Source: Oligoflexales bacterium (GTDB lineage Bacteria > Bdellovibrionota_B > Oligoflexia > Oligoflexales > CAIYRB01). From it: a stretch of 64,000 nt of DNA. Positions 20,159 to 29,844 of this stretch are shown here, one piece after another. The DNA is taken from positions 1 to 64,000 of the forward strand of contig JBGSUI010000193.1 in NCBI GenBank assembly GCA_041736175.1, given 5' to 3'. The position numbers and the translations under genes were made by a program. The notes beneath the pieces are model-generated. The model did no database searches. It was not told the origin of the DNA and saw only the letters and a list, made by a program, of their open reading frames with translations. Every line of letters starts with the position of its first letter. Position 1 is the first letter of the stretch.

Positions 20159-20760
20159 GAAATTTGTTTTGTAAACAATTTCAGAGATTTATTGTTTTAA
20201 GTCACATTTTTTTATCATTTTGGCCTTCGGGGCTGTTGGATTTAATTGGTTTTTCAACCGGTATAACACTCTATATTTATGGACCTAATTAATTACCTGA
20301 TAGGGACTGCTAAAGAATTTTTGATCAACTCCGAAGGATCTAATGTCAGGTTTGTTGCTCAGGTCGGAGTCGTTGAAAGCAAAGGCAAGAGCAGCAATTT
20401 ATGTAAGAGGAATCAATCTTTGTTGGAGAAATTCAAACAGTGGCAGCCGAAAATGATCAACACAAACAATAAAACTAAGAAAGGATAAGACCTTCCCCAT
20501 CAAGAACAATGATCAAAGCGATAAGCCCGTCACATGGAATGAAAGAAAACTTAGAGGTCTATTTCAAACTATGCACAAGGGAATGTTAGCGAGAGAATTG
20601 TTCCCCCTGTCAGGTTAGGCCGACCCCATCTCTGCCTAGACAAATCGCTGGCCTAGAGGATTCAGCGATTCCCGCACCCTGCCGCGCCGGTGTCAGACCC
20701 AAGGAAACTTGGAGAAGATGCCGGCGCGACATCTTTTTTATCTAAAAAAAGCTGATTTTT

Positions 20761-21018
20761 TTACTTGGATTTCACAACCGTGCCATCGACGGGATTGAAG
20801 TAGATCTCTACTTTTTTGCCGGTCTTGTCCGTACCGTAAATCTCGTAACAGGTCCCTGGTTTTTTAAACTTTGTGATCTTGTATCCGTCCGCTTCCACTT
20901 TCTTTTTGAAATCTTCCTCTTTCATCCATTTATCTTTGGGTTGGTCGGTGCAATTAGACTTGGCGAAGGCACTGATGCTGATGGATGCCAAGACAGCCGC
21001 TAATGCGAGTTTTTTCAT
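20761..21018 (-). CDS. PepSY-like small secreted protein
   Basis: Signal peptide; CTDQPKDKWM...GYKI...CYEIYG....VEIYFNPVDG; AAGGA RBS. Confidence 0.85.
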   Translation of the reverse strand: MKKLALAAVLASISISAFAKSNCTDQPKDKWMKEEDFKKKVEADGYKITKFKKPGTCYEIYGTDKTGKKVEIYFNPVDGTVVKSK

Positions 21019-21162
21019 GACGATATTCCTTCAAAATAAAGGCAATGTTGATATTCACCTCGTACCCAATCAAACTATCTGCTTCTTTAAGCGAGAAGTA
21101 AATATCAGACTTAGATCGGATTATGATAAAGAACCACCATAAGCGGCCTTTTTTTAAGGAGT

Positions 21163-21873
21163 TTGAAATTGAAATTCAATCTTATTTACGATCTCCCTTT
21201 AAGAATCTTTCATTGGATGTTTGTCGTTCTGTTTCTTTCTTCCTTCGCCATTACACAGATTGTAGACGATGATTCTACGGTGTTTGCCTATCATATGATG
21301 GCTGGCTTCCTGATGGGTATAGCGGTCCTCTTTAGGATTGTATGGGGGTTTACAGGAACCCCCTACTCACGATTTTCTCATTTTGCCCTAAAGCCCTCCG
21401 ACCTATTTGGCTATTTCAAAGGGATTGCTCAAGGGGGTGCTCGCTTTTGGGATGGGCACAACCCGGCCTCTAGTTGGGCGGGTTTAGGAATGCTTGCGGT
21501 AAGTTTAGGTCTATGTGTGACGGGGCTTTTGATGGTTTCGGGCCAGGATAAGTTCCTCTTAGTGGATATCCATGAGATCCTCGCCTATAGCTTTTTGGCT
21601 TTAGCTCTGGGTCATATCGGCGGTATCGCTCTGCATACCGTGATGCACAAAGATTGGATTGGCTTAAGCATGATCCACGGCAAAAAACCGGACCGGGGCC
21701 CAGCCACCTATGTGGGGTCTTCTAAAACCATCGTTGGAGTCTTATTTTTGGCGATGATGGTGGCCTTGGCGGTTAAATTATCCACCAGTTTTGACCCATC
21801 TCTAGGCCAAATCAATCTCTTCGGTAAGACCTTTCAACTCCTAGAACTCGAGGAGGAACAGGAGGATGACTGA
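21163..21873 (+). CDS. Cytochrome b/b6 domain membrane protein (Ni-hydrogenase cytochrome b family)
   Basis: YDLPLRIFHW, HMMAG, RIVWGFTG..YSRF, GHNP, HEILA, HIGG (four conserved His). Confidence 0.88.
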   Translation: MKLKFNLIYDLPLRIFHWMFVVLFLSSFAITQIVDDDSTVFAYHMMAGFLMGIAVLFRIVWGFTGTPYSRFSHFALKPSDLFGYFKGIAQGGARFWDGHNPASSWAGLGMLAVSLGLCVTGLLMVSGQDKFLLVDIHEILAYSFLALALGHIGGIALHTVMHKDWIGLSMIHGKKPDRGPATYVGSSKTIVGVLFLAMMVALAVKLSTSFDPSLGQINLFGKTFQLLELEEEQEDD

Positions 21874-21966
21874 AGGGATTGGGCATTGACCGAAGTCAAG
21901 AGCCCATCTCTGGCACTTAGACCTCCTAAAACCCAAGAACTCAAGTTTTATAGTTACAAAGAGACC

Positions 21967-22047
21967 GGCCAGATATAAAATTTATACCTGGCCTAGAAAG
22001 TCGATTTTTGACCATTTTCGGCCAAGTATACTGAGTTATAATTGGCC
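21967..22047. repeat. Two related imperfect palindromes (putative operators)
   Basis: GGCCAGATATAAAATTTATACCTGGCC (21967-21993) and GGCCAAGTATACTGAGTTATAATTGGCC (22020-22047). Confidence 0.6.
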
Positions 22048-22092
22048 AAGAGTTGGGAGTTATAATTATACCAATAATATAAGGTTGTTAAA

Positions 22093-23625
22093 ATGAATCC
22101 TCCGGCCCATAAAGCCGCCCGATCATCGATTGTTGGCCGCCAAAGAGAGCTTACGACACTATTCGATTCTTTTAATCGAAACGAAGCTTGTTTTATCGCT
22201 GTCTATGGTCGTCGACGGATCGGAAAAACATTTTTAATCCGCGAATTCGCTAAAGAAGTAGAATGCACCTTTTTCAGTGTAACGGGTCAAAAAGACGGCG
22301 CTCTTAAGGTGCAGCTAGCTCATTTTAAAAAAGCGATTGAGACCTGCTTTTATAGCCGAAACCCCTTGCCGGAATTGACTGACTGGAATGGGGCCTTCAC
22401 CCTACTCGTCACCGCATTACGGAATGAGATTAAAAACAATCCTCATCATAAATATCTCATTTTTCTCGACGAACTCCCCTGGCTTTGCACCAAGAGATCG
22501 GGTCTTCTTGAGGTGATCGATCATACGTGGAATCATGAACTTAGTAGTATGCCACAAGTAAAGCTCGTCGTCTGCGGGAGCGCCGCGTCCTGGATCGTTA
22601 AAAATATCCTGAGAGCGACCGGAGGACTTCACAATCGAGTCACCGGCACCATAGCACTTCAGCCCTTTAATCTTGGCGAAGCAAAAGACCTACTAAGAAC
22701 AAATGGGATCGATTATGCACCCGAACAGCTTATCGACACTTATTTAGCTTTTGGCGGTGTTCCCTACTACCTAAAACTGATTCGACCTGGGGAATCACCT
22801 TCACAAGCGATCGACCGGCTTTGTTTTGGCAAAGGACAACTTCACAACGAATTCAACGATCTTTTTAAGGCGCTTTTCTCTCAGGATAATATCCACCAGG
22901 ATATCATCAAGGCCTTGGCCAAAAAAAGAAGCGGCCTGACCCGCAAAGAACTCCTTGATCAACTCAATCTTAAAGGAGGTGGCAGCTTCAGCCCCCGCCT
23001 CGAAGAACTAGAAGAAGCCGGATTCATCACACAGTTGCCGTCAGTCGTCGGAAAAAAAAGCTCCATTCACTACCGCGTCATTGATTCATTCACACTCTTT
23101 CACCTGCAATGGATAAAGGGTTCGGGACAGGGTGTATTAAACCAGGATAATGACTATTTTATAAAACAACAAGGGACCCAAGCCTACGACGTTTGGTCAG
23201 GCTTTGCATTTGAAAATCTTGTTTTTCAGCATCTCAAGCAAATCAAAGCTGCCTTAGGTCTCTCCACCATCCCTGTCGTACCGTCTGTTTGGCGAACAAA
23301 TGATTCTTTGAAGGCTCAAAGCCAATCTCTAAAGGGGGCTCAGATCGACCTGGTTCTCGATCGCAGCGATGGAATGATCTCACTCTGTGAGATCAAATAC
23401 TCCAAAGAAAAATTCTCAATCACAAAGGCCTATGCCGAAAATCTTCAAAACAAAATGGATCGGTATCGTGAATATATCAATAACAAAAAAAGCGTCAGCC
23501 TTGTGATGATCACCCCAAGTGGCCTCGTGGACAATCAATATTCGAAACGCCTCATCGCAAACGCTATGAGTGTCGAAAAAGTTCTTATATCGGACTTAGA
23601 ACAACCCACTCACCTAGGTCAGTAG
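22093..23625 (+). CDS. P-loop ATPase (archaeal-ATPase/ATPase_2 type) with wHTH and C-terminal PD-(D/E)xK-like domain
   Basis: VGRQREL, YGRRRIGKT, IFLDELPW, VVCGS, GGVPYYL; C-terminal QIDLVLDR...LCEIKY. Confidence 0.88.
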   Translation: MNPPAHKAARSSIVGRQRELTTLFDSFNRNEACFIAVYGRRRIGKTFLIREFAKEVECTFFSVTGQKDGALKVQLAHFKKAIETCFYSRNPLPELTDWNGAFTLLVTALRNEIKNNPHHKYLIFLDELPWLCTKRSGLLEVIDHTWNHELSSMPQVKLVVCGSAASWIVKNILRATGGLHNRVTGTIALQPFNLGEAKDLLRTNGIDYAPEQLIDTYLAFGGVPYYLKLIRPGESPSQAIDRLCFGKGQLHNEFNDLFKALFSQDNIHQDIIKALAKKRSGLTRKELLDQLNLKGGGSFSPRLEELEEAGFITQLPSVVGKKSSIHYRVIDSFTLFHLQWIKGSGQGVLNQDNDYFIKQQGTQAYDVWSGFAFENLVFQHLKQIKAALGLSTIPVVPSVWRTNDSLKAQSQSLKGAQIDLVLDRSDGMISLCEIKYSKEKFSITKAYAENLQNKMDRYREYINNKKSVSLVMITPSGLVDNQYSKRLIANAMSVEKVLISDLEQPTHLGQ

Positions 23626-24015
23626 ACCATCTCCAGGGACATACACTTCGCCGCTGGGAAATCCCAGTTTAGACTCCACCCCTGCAACGACCGCAAAGTA
23701 ATTGCTGTGGGCGATAAACTCCTCAAGGATATAAGCCTGCAGGTTTTCTTCAGCCCCTGGCCCCCCGTCTAGCCAGCTCTGGAAGACTGCGGGGTCTTCC
23801 GTATGAAGGCCGGGTGTCTTAAGGCGCTCTATATACTGGAGCACCAAGGATCGGTCGACCGTCTTCACCTTAAGATAGGTTTCTAGGGTTTCCTGGACCA
23901 GATTAACGGCCTCGTTGCCGGTAAAGAACCTGGCGACCGGGGTCGCTAAGGCTGGAGTAGCAGCCACACCGAGAGTGGACGACAAAAATCCGCGTCGATT
24001 GATAAAATGGGTCAT
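23614..24015 (-). CDS. Small twin-arginine (Tat) signal protein
   Basis: N-terminus INRRGFLSSTLGVAATPALA; GAGGA RBS; 25 nt downstream of the lipoxygenase stop. Confidence 0.75.
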   Translation of the reverse strand: MTHFINRRGFLSSTLGVAATPALATPVARFFTGNEAVNLVQETLETYLKVKTVDRSLVLQYIERLKTPGLHTEDPAVFQSWLDGGPGAEENLQAYILEEFIAHSNYFAVVAGVESKLGFPSGEVYVPGDGLLT

Positions 24016-24040
24016 GGGAATCCTCGATCAAAAAAGAGTC

Positions 24041-25882
24041 TTAAATATTGATACTCGCTGGGATTCGAGAAGGCAAAAGGTGGACATATTCTAAATCAAA
24101 GACTGCTTTGCGAACTTTGTTGCTCTCTTTAATTTTAGTTTCAATCTCCCAGAGTTTTAGTTTAAATCGCCCTTCCTCGGTCAAGGACTTAGGATTGAGA
24201 ACAAAGCTTTTGCGGTAGTTACCCAATCTGGTATTGTTGATGCCCGCTAGAAGCGAGAGAATATTCCACGTTTGAATCGCTACATCCATGGGAGGAAACA
24301 TATCAAGGTAGTCTTGTTCCGAATGCTCCCGACCTTTTGGTGCTGGTGCATAGCCACCGAGGGGATTTGCGGGTACAAACAGCATCTCAGACCCTTGGGG
24401 AAAATTAACCGCTGCATGCTGCGGGCCAGCCGTAAAGATCACCATGGTCAGGATTTCAATAAGCTCATTCCGGTCGCCAATCGCACCTCCACCTTTTGTA
24501 AACCCTAAAACTTTTCCGGTGGTCTCAATCTCCTTAGCCCAGTTTTGGATTTCATAGTCGCCCCGGACATCCCCATCGCTGGTGTACCAGATACTGATAT
24601 AGGCAGACACCCAGTTTTTAATGGCTTCCCAGATTAGGAGACCATCATCACGGTAGGGATAAAGGGGGATTTTACCTGGATCTCTCACTCCCATCCGCTC
24701 TAAGCGGACTGGCAGAAAATTGTCCCGAAAATTGTAATTAAGGCGAGCTTTACCTAGGTAGGGATAGTTCATCTCTATCTTGCTGCCCACGAGGCGATCT
24801 ACGGATTTTTCCGGCAGGATCAGCGAGGTTCGCGCTCCGATGTTGATCTTGATAGTGCCTTCGAAATGGGGGTTTAGTAATTTATAGACCGGATGAATGG
24901 GGTGGAGTTGGTGACGGGTCCCCATGACGACAGCGTCGATAAGCAGGTGGGTCAAGCCTAGGTGGGTGACCACTTCGTGATGGTTGTTGTGGGCAGCAAG
25001 CATGGCTACCTTAGACATTTTCCAACTATTGCCATCTTTGGGGGTCAAGACCTCATAGCCATCTTCTTTGACCCCTGGCCGGATCGCTATGGGCAACAGA
25101 TTTTTACCACCTCGAGGGAGTGCAAACGCAACGGTAGGGGCATAGGTGTATTTCAGTTCGTCTGAGATCAGCCCGGCAAATCGACGCTCCGTCGCATGGG
25201 GATGGGGTAGTTTTGGGTTGCGTTCAAAGAGGGCAGTAAAGTCCGAACGATCGACAAAAAACACCCGTCCTTCGCCGACCGCAGCGCCGATCGAGTCGCC
25301 ACTAAATCCAGGGACTTCGCCTAATTTGAAGTTAGTCAGGTTAAGCTGCGCAGGCGGCCGCTCGGATCTATATCGTTCGAGTTGGTTAGGATTCGGACCT
25401 GCCACAAAATTATAGGCAAACGTCTTGTCTGAGTCCCAGTTTTTAACGATCGGAGGAACGGGTGAATAGACAGGACCAACGACCGAATTGCGCATAGTAA
25501 ATACATTTTCAATATAGTCTTGAAAAGATTTTGGGCGACTCTGCTCCCGCCCACCTTTAATAAATCCATAATCTGGAGTAAAATATTCCCCTATATCACC
25601 ATCGTTTTTCAAAATATTAGCAAGTCTTACAAGATCTCTTCTTTGTTTAGGTGAATACCACTGGTATTTGTCGTAGCATTGCCAAAGGTTTCTTCGACAA
25701 AGCAAAAAATTTGCAACTATTTTAGCTGTCCAATCTGGATAGTTTTCATCGATTTCTCTTTCTTCTGCAGCCAGTGGTATTCCAATATCGTTATTGTATT
25801 TGTATTGGTCAGCCTGGCCTTTTAGCTCTGCTCGACGTTTTTCGAGGTTTCCATCGCTTTGAGGCAACTTAATTTCTGCCAT
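24041..25882 (-). CDS. Bacterial lipoxygenase
   Basis: Iron-ligand motifs HEVVTHLGLTH and QHAAVNF, YPYRDDGLLIW, AGPNP, C-terminal SINI. AAGGAG RBS precedes ATG 25882. Confidence 0.95.
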   Translation of the reverse strand: MAEIKLPQSDGNLEKRRAELKGQADQYKYNNDIGIPLAAEEREIDENYPDWTAKIVANFLLCRRNLWQCYDKYQWYSPKQRRDLVRLANILKNDGDIGEYFTPDYGFIKGGREQSRPKSFQDYIENVFTMRNSVVGPVYSPVPPIVKNWDSDKTFAYNFVAGPNPNQLERYRSERPPAQLNLTNFKLGEVPGFSGDSIGAAVGEGRVFFVDRSDFTALFERNPKLPHPHATERRFAGLISDELKYTYAPTVAFALPRGGKNLLPIAIRPGVKEDGYEVLTPKDGNSWKMSKVAMLAAHNNHHEVVTHLGLTHLLIDAVVMGTRHQLHPIHPVYKLLNPHFEGTIKINIGARTSLILPEKSVDRLVGSKIEMNYPYLGKARLNYNFRDNFLPVRLERMGVRDPGKIPLYPYRDDGLLIWEAIKNWVSAYISIWYTSDGDVRGDYEIQNWAKEIETTGKVLGFTKGGGAIGDRNELIEILTMVIFTAGPQHAAVNFPQGSEMLFVPANPLGGYAPAPKGREHSEQDYLDMFPPMDVAIQTWNILSLLAGINNTRLGNYRKSFVLNPKSLTEEGRFKLKLWEIETKIKESNKVRKAVFDLEYVHLLPSRIPASINI

Positions 25883-26074
25883 TGCCGGCTCCTTAAAAAA
25901 TCCGATTGGGTCTATCACGATTTGACTGAAGGTTAGATATGAATAAGATTATCTACCGGAAGGATTCCATTCGTCAACCCATGCCAAAGCCCATCGATAT
26001 TGCAATCACCTCTCTTTCGAGGTTACAATAAACAACGAACCTATTTATCATTTGTTCTAAGGCAAGGATCGATT

Positions 26075-26527
26075 ATGCTGCAAAAATTATTTGTTTTTAT
26101 GACGTTTATATCTCTAATCTCATGCCGTACAACAAACACAGGAAGCAATGATGGCTCGTCCCTACAGGCCTGGAACAACGCACAGGCAATCGACGTCGCA
26201 AAAGTTAACTTTAGGTCTGTGATTACGAGTTGTGTTCCTAAGATGGCCAATTACATCCAGGCCGGTCGCGGCGAAAAGGTAAAGCGATTTTTGGAGGTAA
26301 CCAGGGTCGATAAGTTTTTAGATTATATCCTTAGCAGACCCTCTACTAAAACCCAGGAGGTTGACTCTATCCTGCGGACCTATTACGAAAGTGGACAAAA
26401 AAATCTTGATGACTGTTTAGGACCCGTCGCTGAGTTTGTCGTCCTTGAGTTTGTAAACTCCACAGGTCTGTTGCGCTATGGGTTTGGAACTAAGGGCGAA
26501 ATCCTAAATGAGCCTGATGGCACCTAA
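26075..26527 (+). CDS. Hypothetical lipoprotein
   Basis: AAGGA RBS; MLQKLFVFMTFISLISC lipobox. Confidence 0.7.
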   Translation: MLQKLFVFMTFISLISCRTTNTGSNDGSSLQAWNNAQAIDVAKVNFRSVITSCVPKMANYIQAGRGEKVKRFLEVTRVDKFLDYILSRPSTKTQEVDSILRTYYESGQKNLDDCLGPVAEFVVLEFVNSTGLLRYGFGTKGEILNEPDGT

Positions 26528-26546
26528 AGTATGGAACTCCCCTAAC

Positions 26547-27740
26547 TTAAGACAGGTAGCCTCGGACCCGCAGCGCCACCTGTTCTAGGACTTTCAAAAT
26601 GCGGTGGGCATCTTCGAGAGTGTTATCATGGCTTAAGCTAATTCGAATGGAGTTGACCGCCACCCATTCGGTAAGCCCTAGGGCAAGCACCACATGGCTC
26701 GGACGGGCAGACCCTGAAGAGCAGGCGCTCCCGCTGGAGACCTGGATGCCTTCAAGGTCGAAGTTTAACAAAATATCGTCTCCAGGGACCTGATCGATAT
26801 GAAAGTGCACCGTGTTGGGGAGAACTGCACCGGGACCGGCGCCATGGACATGGCCTCCACGGATCGAGGAAATACCAGAAACAAGGACTCTTCGGACCTC
26901 TTGCATATGGGAGGTGGTGGCTAGCTCCTTACCTCGGATCTCCTGGCAGCGCAGACCAAAGGACAAGATCCCAGGTATATTCTCCGTACCTGGACGTCGC
27001 CCCCTCTCCTGGCCGCCACCCGCCATAAACAAGGCTAGGCGACTGGTTGCCTTTAAATACAAGGCACCAACGCCTTTATAGGCTCCGATCTTATGGCCAG
27101 AAAAAGACGCACTATCCACCTGGGACTTGCCTAACCACTCAAGAGAGTATTTACCGAGGAGTTGGACCGCATCGGTATGGAAGTGGGCCTTTGGAGCAAC
27201 TCCCTTGACAACACCAATCAACTCACTGATTTCGTTAATACTTCCAACTTCATTATTGGCATACATCACACAGACCAAGGCCGTGTCAGGCCTCAACTTA
27301 GGCAAAAGAGCCTCAGGAAGGACCTGGCCATGGGGACTGACAGGAATAATCTCCAGCTCGATCTCTCCCCGACTCGCTAAGACCCGTGCAGGCTCTAACA
27401 CCGAAGGGTGCTCCACCGCTGATACAAGCACATGGGGACGCTTGGATCCGGCTCGGGATGGATCTTGCGCATCGATACGAGCTTTTGTCGCCAGCCCTTG
27501 GAGGACCATGTTGTTAGACTCCGTCGCGCCAGACGTAAAGATAATTTCCAGTGACTTACACCCAACCAGGAGAGAGACCCGTTCGCGGGCTTGTTCCAAG
27601 GCTACCTTTGCTTTACGCCCTTGAGAATGAATCGATGAAGGGTTTCCATCGACCTGCTTAAGCAGGTTTGCCACTTCGTCGTAATGCTGGGACGGAACGG
27701 GATAGGTTGCATTGGCGTCTGCGTAGATGGATGAGATCAC
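26547..27740 (-). CDS. iscS: Cysteine desulfurase (IscS/NifS group)
   Basis: IYADANAT, FTSGATESNN, HTDAVQ, SGHKIG, SSGSACSSG. Likely GTG start at 27740. Confidence 0.88.
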   Translation of the reverse strand: MISSIYADANATYPVPSQHYDEVANLLKQVDGNPSSIHSQGRKAKVALEQARERVSLLVGCKSLEIIFTSGATESNNMVLQGLATKARIDAQDPSRAGSKRPHVLVSAVEHPSVLEPARVLASRGEIELEIIPVSPHGQVLPEALLPKLRPDTALVCVMYANNEVGSINEISELIGVVKGVAPKAHFHTDAVQLLGKYSLEWLGKSQVDSASFSGHKIGAYKGVGALYLKATSRLALFMAGGGQERGRRPGTENIPGILSFGLRCQEIRGKELATTSHMQEVRRVLVSGISSIRGGHVHGAGPGAVLPNTVHFHIDQVPGDDILLNFDLEGIQVSSGSACSSGSARPSHVVLALGLTEWVAVNSIRISLSHDNTLEDAHRILKVLEQVALRVRGYLS

Positions 27741-27849
27741 TTTTAATCCTTGACCTAGAGAAAATGAAACGCAAAAATAGGCTCCCTTATGAACCAAAAT
27801 CGCTAATTTTGCAAGCCTAATTTGGTAACCTACGAAAGCCAATTCAGTT

Positions 27850-29088
27850 TTAAAAATCCTCAATCCGGTGCAACTCTAATACAGTCGACAAAACCCGCTT
27901 TCTTGCGGACTTAAGCTGAGACTTCTTGTACTGATCATGGTTCGCTGCCCCTGTGGCAGCTTGGTCAAAGGATTCCTGATCCATGATTTGGATCTCAAAG
28001 GGAAAAAACACCTCCGAGTCCATATGGGCTGCGGTGGAATACCAACCACCAATCCAATCATCGAGATGGGAAAGTGGCGAACCAACTCCCATAGGCTGAG
28101 GAGATTCACGGATTTTTTGCAGCCATTCAAACCCATCATAAAAGAACTTAACCAAAAACCTTCCCGTTAACTGCACCGAGCGATAGGTCTCAAGGGAGTG
28201 GGGATTCACAGAACCAACCTCGCCCAGCGGGGCCGCAATCTGTAATCGGCTCACGGACTCCTCAAATGCCTGTGCATCGATCACCCCTTGCAATAGCTTG
28301 CTTCTAAGGTCCTCGATCTGAATCTTAAACAAATTAAAATCGATGAGATTATTGCGCGACCTTGAGGGATACACATTTGGGTACACCAAGACGTTACACT
28401 GCCTAAGACCTTTGATCACCAATGGAACGTCGATCAACTTAGCGACCACGATGCGTATCCCAACATAGTCATAGATCGATTCAGCAACATTATTGCGTTT
28501 ATGAAGCAACTTCAAAACAATAGAATCTCGGGGCTTAACTTCTTTCCATTGGAGACCATTAATGTTGACCGAAAAATCCTCCTTCCCCAAACAGAGCTGT
28601 CCTCCCTCAGAGCGCGTTACAAATTGGCGTATGTGACTAAAGATCTGGTCCCGCGCCACATCGAGATCCACTAGGCGATTGACGCCATCGATATGGGCAA
28701 TGGTATGCATCACCCGCAGGACGGCACAAGCCCAAGCTTGGCATAGTGGCGTCTCGCTTTGGATGCCCGAGGCCCAAAGGATCAGCCAACGAGCATCTTG
28801 GCAGTCCTCTAACTTGGGAGGGGGTCGCAGCCCTTGGGCCCACTGCTTTCGCGTCACGAGGTGGCGTTGGATAAAGGCCATGGCTTCGACCATGGCACTA
28901 TGGATCATTTTTTGGTCTCGGGGCGTCTCAGGATCATAGCCGTAAGCAGCTAAAAACTCTGTTGCTTGCTGCCAGTTTTGTATCCCCAAAGCCTGAAGGT
29001 CTATGGGCGAACTCCCACCGAGCAGGACGTCAAAAACCGGCCACTGAAAATTCCAACGTTCTACCAGGGCATTTTTTTCCAGTGTCAT
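27850..29088 (-). CDS. TIGR04552-like protein (RelA/SpoT-synthetase-like nucleotidyltransferase fold)
   Basis: ACAVLRVMHTIAH, KLLHK..NVAESIYDYVGIRIV, FPFEIQIMD, HDQYKKSQ..ARKRV. GGAGG RBS precedes ATG 29088. Confidence 0.75.
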   Translation of the reverse strand: MTLEKNALVERWNFQWPVFDVLLGGSSPIDLQALGIQNWQQATEFLAAYGYDPETPRDQKMIHSAMVEAMAFIQRHLVTRKQWAQGLRPPPKLEDCQDARWLILWASGIQSETPLCQAWACAVLRVMHTIAHIDGVNRLVDLDVARDQIFSHIRQFVTRSEGGQLCLGKEDFSVNINGLQWKEVKPRDSIVLKLLHKRNNVAESIYDYVGIRIVVAKLIDVPLVIKGLRQCNVLVYPNVYPSRSRNNLIDFNLFKIQIEDLRSKLLQGVIDAQAFEESVSRLQIAAPLGEVGSVNPHSLETYRSVQLTGRFLVKFFYDGFEWLQKIRESPQPMGVGSPLSHLDDWIGGWYSTAAHMDSEVFFPFEIQIMDQESFDQAATGAANHDQYKKSQLKSARKRVLSTVLELHRIEDF

Positions 29089-29176
29089 CGAAAGGTACCT
29101 CCACTTTCCTGCCCATGATAGGCTTGTTAGGAGGGAGATTATCTCCTTAACCCAATCCTTCAGCAAAGCTTTCCCA

Positions 29177-29815
29177 ATGGTTTATTTAACGATCCCCCTA
29201 ACAATCGTGTTTTTTACCCTTTCCTTAAAGGCGTTAGGCAAGTCCGATCCTGCGAAACCACCAGAACACGGCGGGGGAAAGGACTCCGCCAAGCCGGCTC
29301 CTAAGGAATCGCCCCCTCTTGAGGCCGAACCTAAAATCGAAGGCCCCGATGCCAAAAACGCACTCGGAACGTCGGCTCCCACGCGCTATGTTCATCAATG
29401 GATCCCCATGCCAAAACTCGTAGCCACAGACCTCAGATCACAAGATGGCGTTTCCATCTCCACCCGTAAAGGTCGATCGATGGTCGTTTTTTTCATCGCC
29501 TCGTGGTGCGAACCTTGTCAAAACATCAGTGGTCAACTGTTAAATCTCACCAGTCGCTTTAGTCGCTTGCCAGTAGACTTTTATTTTGTTTTTAGCCACG
29601 ACACCCTGGAAGATGCCCGGGGATTTATGGCTGAACACAAGATCCCTCAGGGTTACTTGGCAGAATTTGCGACCTTAAAAAACTTCAACAACCCGGAACT
29701 CCCCAGCATCTATGTTGGAGACCGCCAGGGCTGGCTCCTCACCCGCAAGCTCAAGGCAGAACCTAAGGATATCAGAGATCTGCAAGAAACTCTGGAGTAC
29801 CTCACCGCCTTTTGA
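29177..29815 (+). CDS. TlpA-like thioredoxin/redoxin
   Basis: N-terminal anchor and FIASWCEPC. Confidence 0.8.
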   Translation: MVYLTIPLTIVFFTLSLKALGKSDPAKPPEHGGGKDSAKPAPKESPPLEAEPKIEGPDAKNALGTSAPTRYVHQWIPMPKLVATDLRSQDGVSISTRKGRSMVVFFIASWCEPCQNISGQLLNLTSRFSRLPVDFYFVFSHDTLEDARGFMAEHKIPQGYLAEFATLKNFNNPELPSIYVGDRQGWLLTRKLKAEPKDIRDLQETLEYLTAF

Positions 29816-29844
29816 GAGGGGAGCCTGTCCAGATAAAAGGCTCT

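Noticed and set aside
20279..20488. 69-aa ORF
   Set aside because: AT-rich, no RBS or motif; possibly a remnant.
20643..20670. c-di-AMP (ydaO) or cobalamin riboswitch
   Set aside because: Only short matches (CGCTGAATCC on minus; AAGGGAA and CCCGC on plus nearby); the downstream core motifs are absent.
20681..20730. SRP (4.5S) RNA
   Set aside because: It has a GNRA-capped stem but lacks the conserved CAGG...GGAA...AGCAG domain IV loops.
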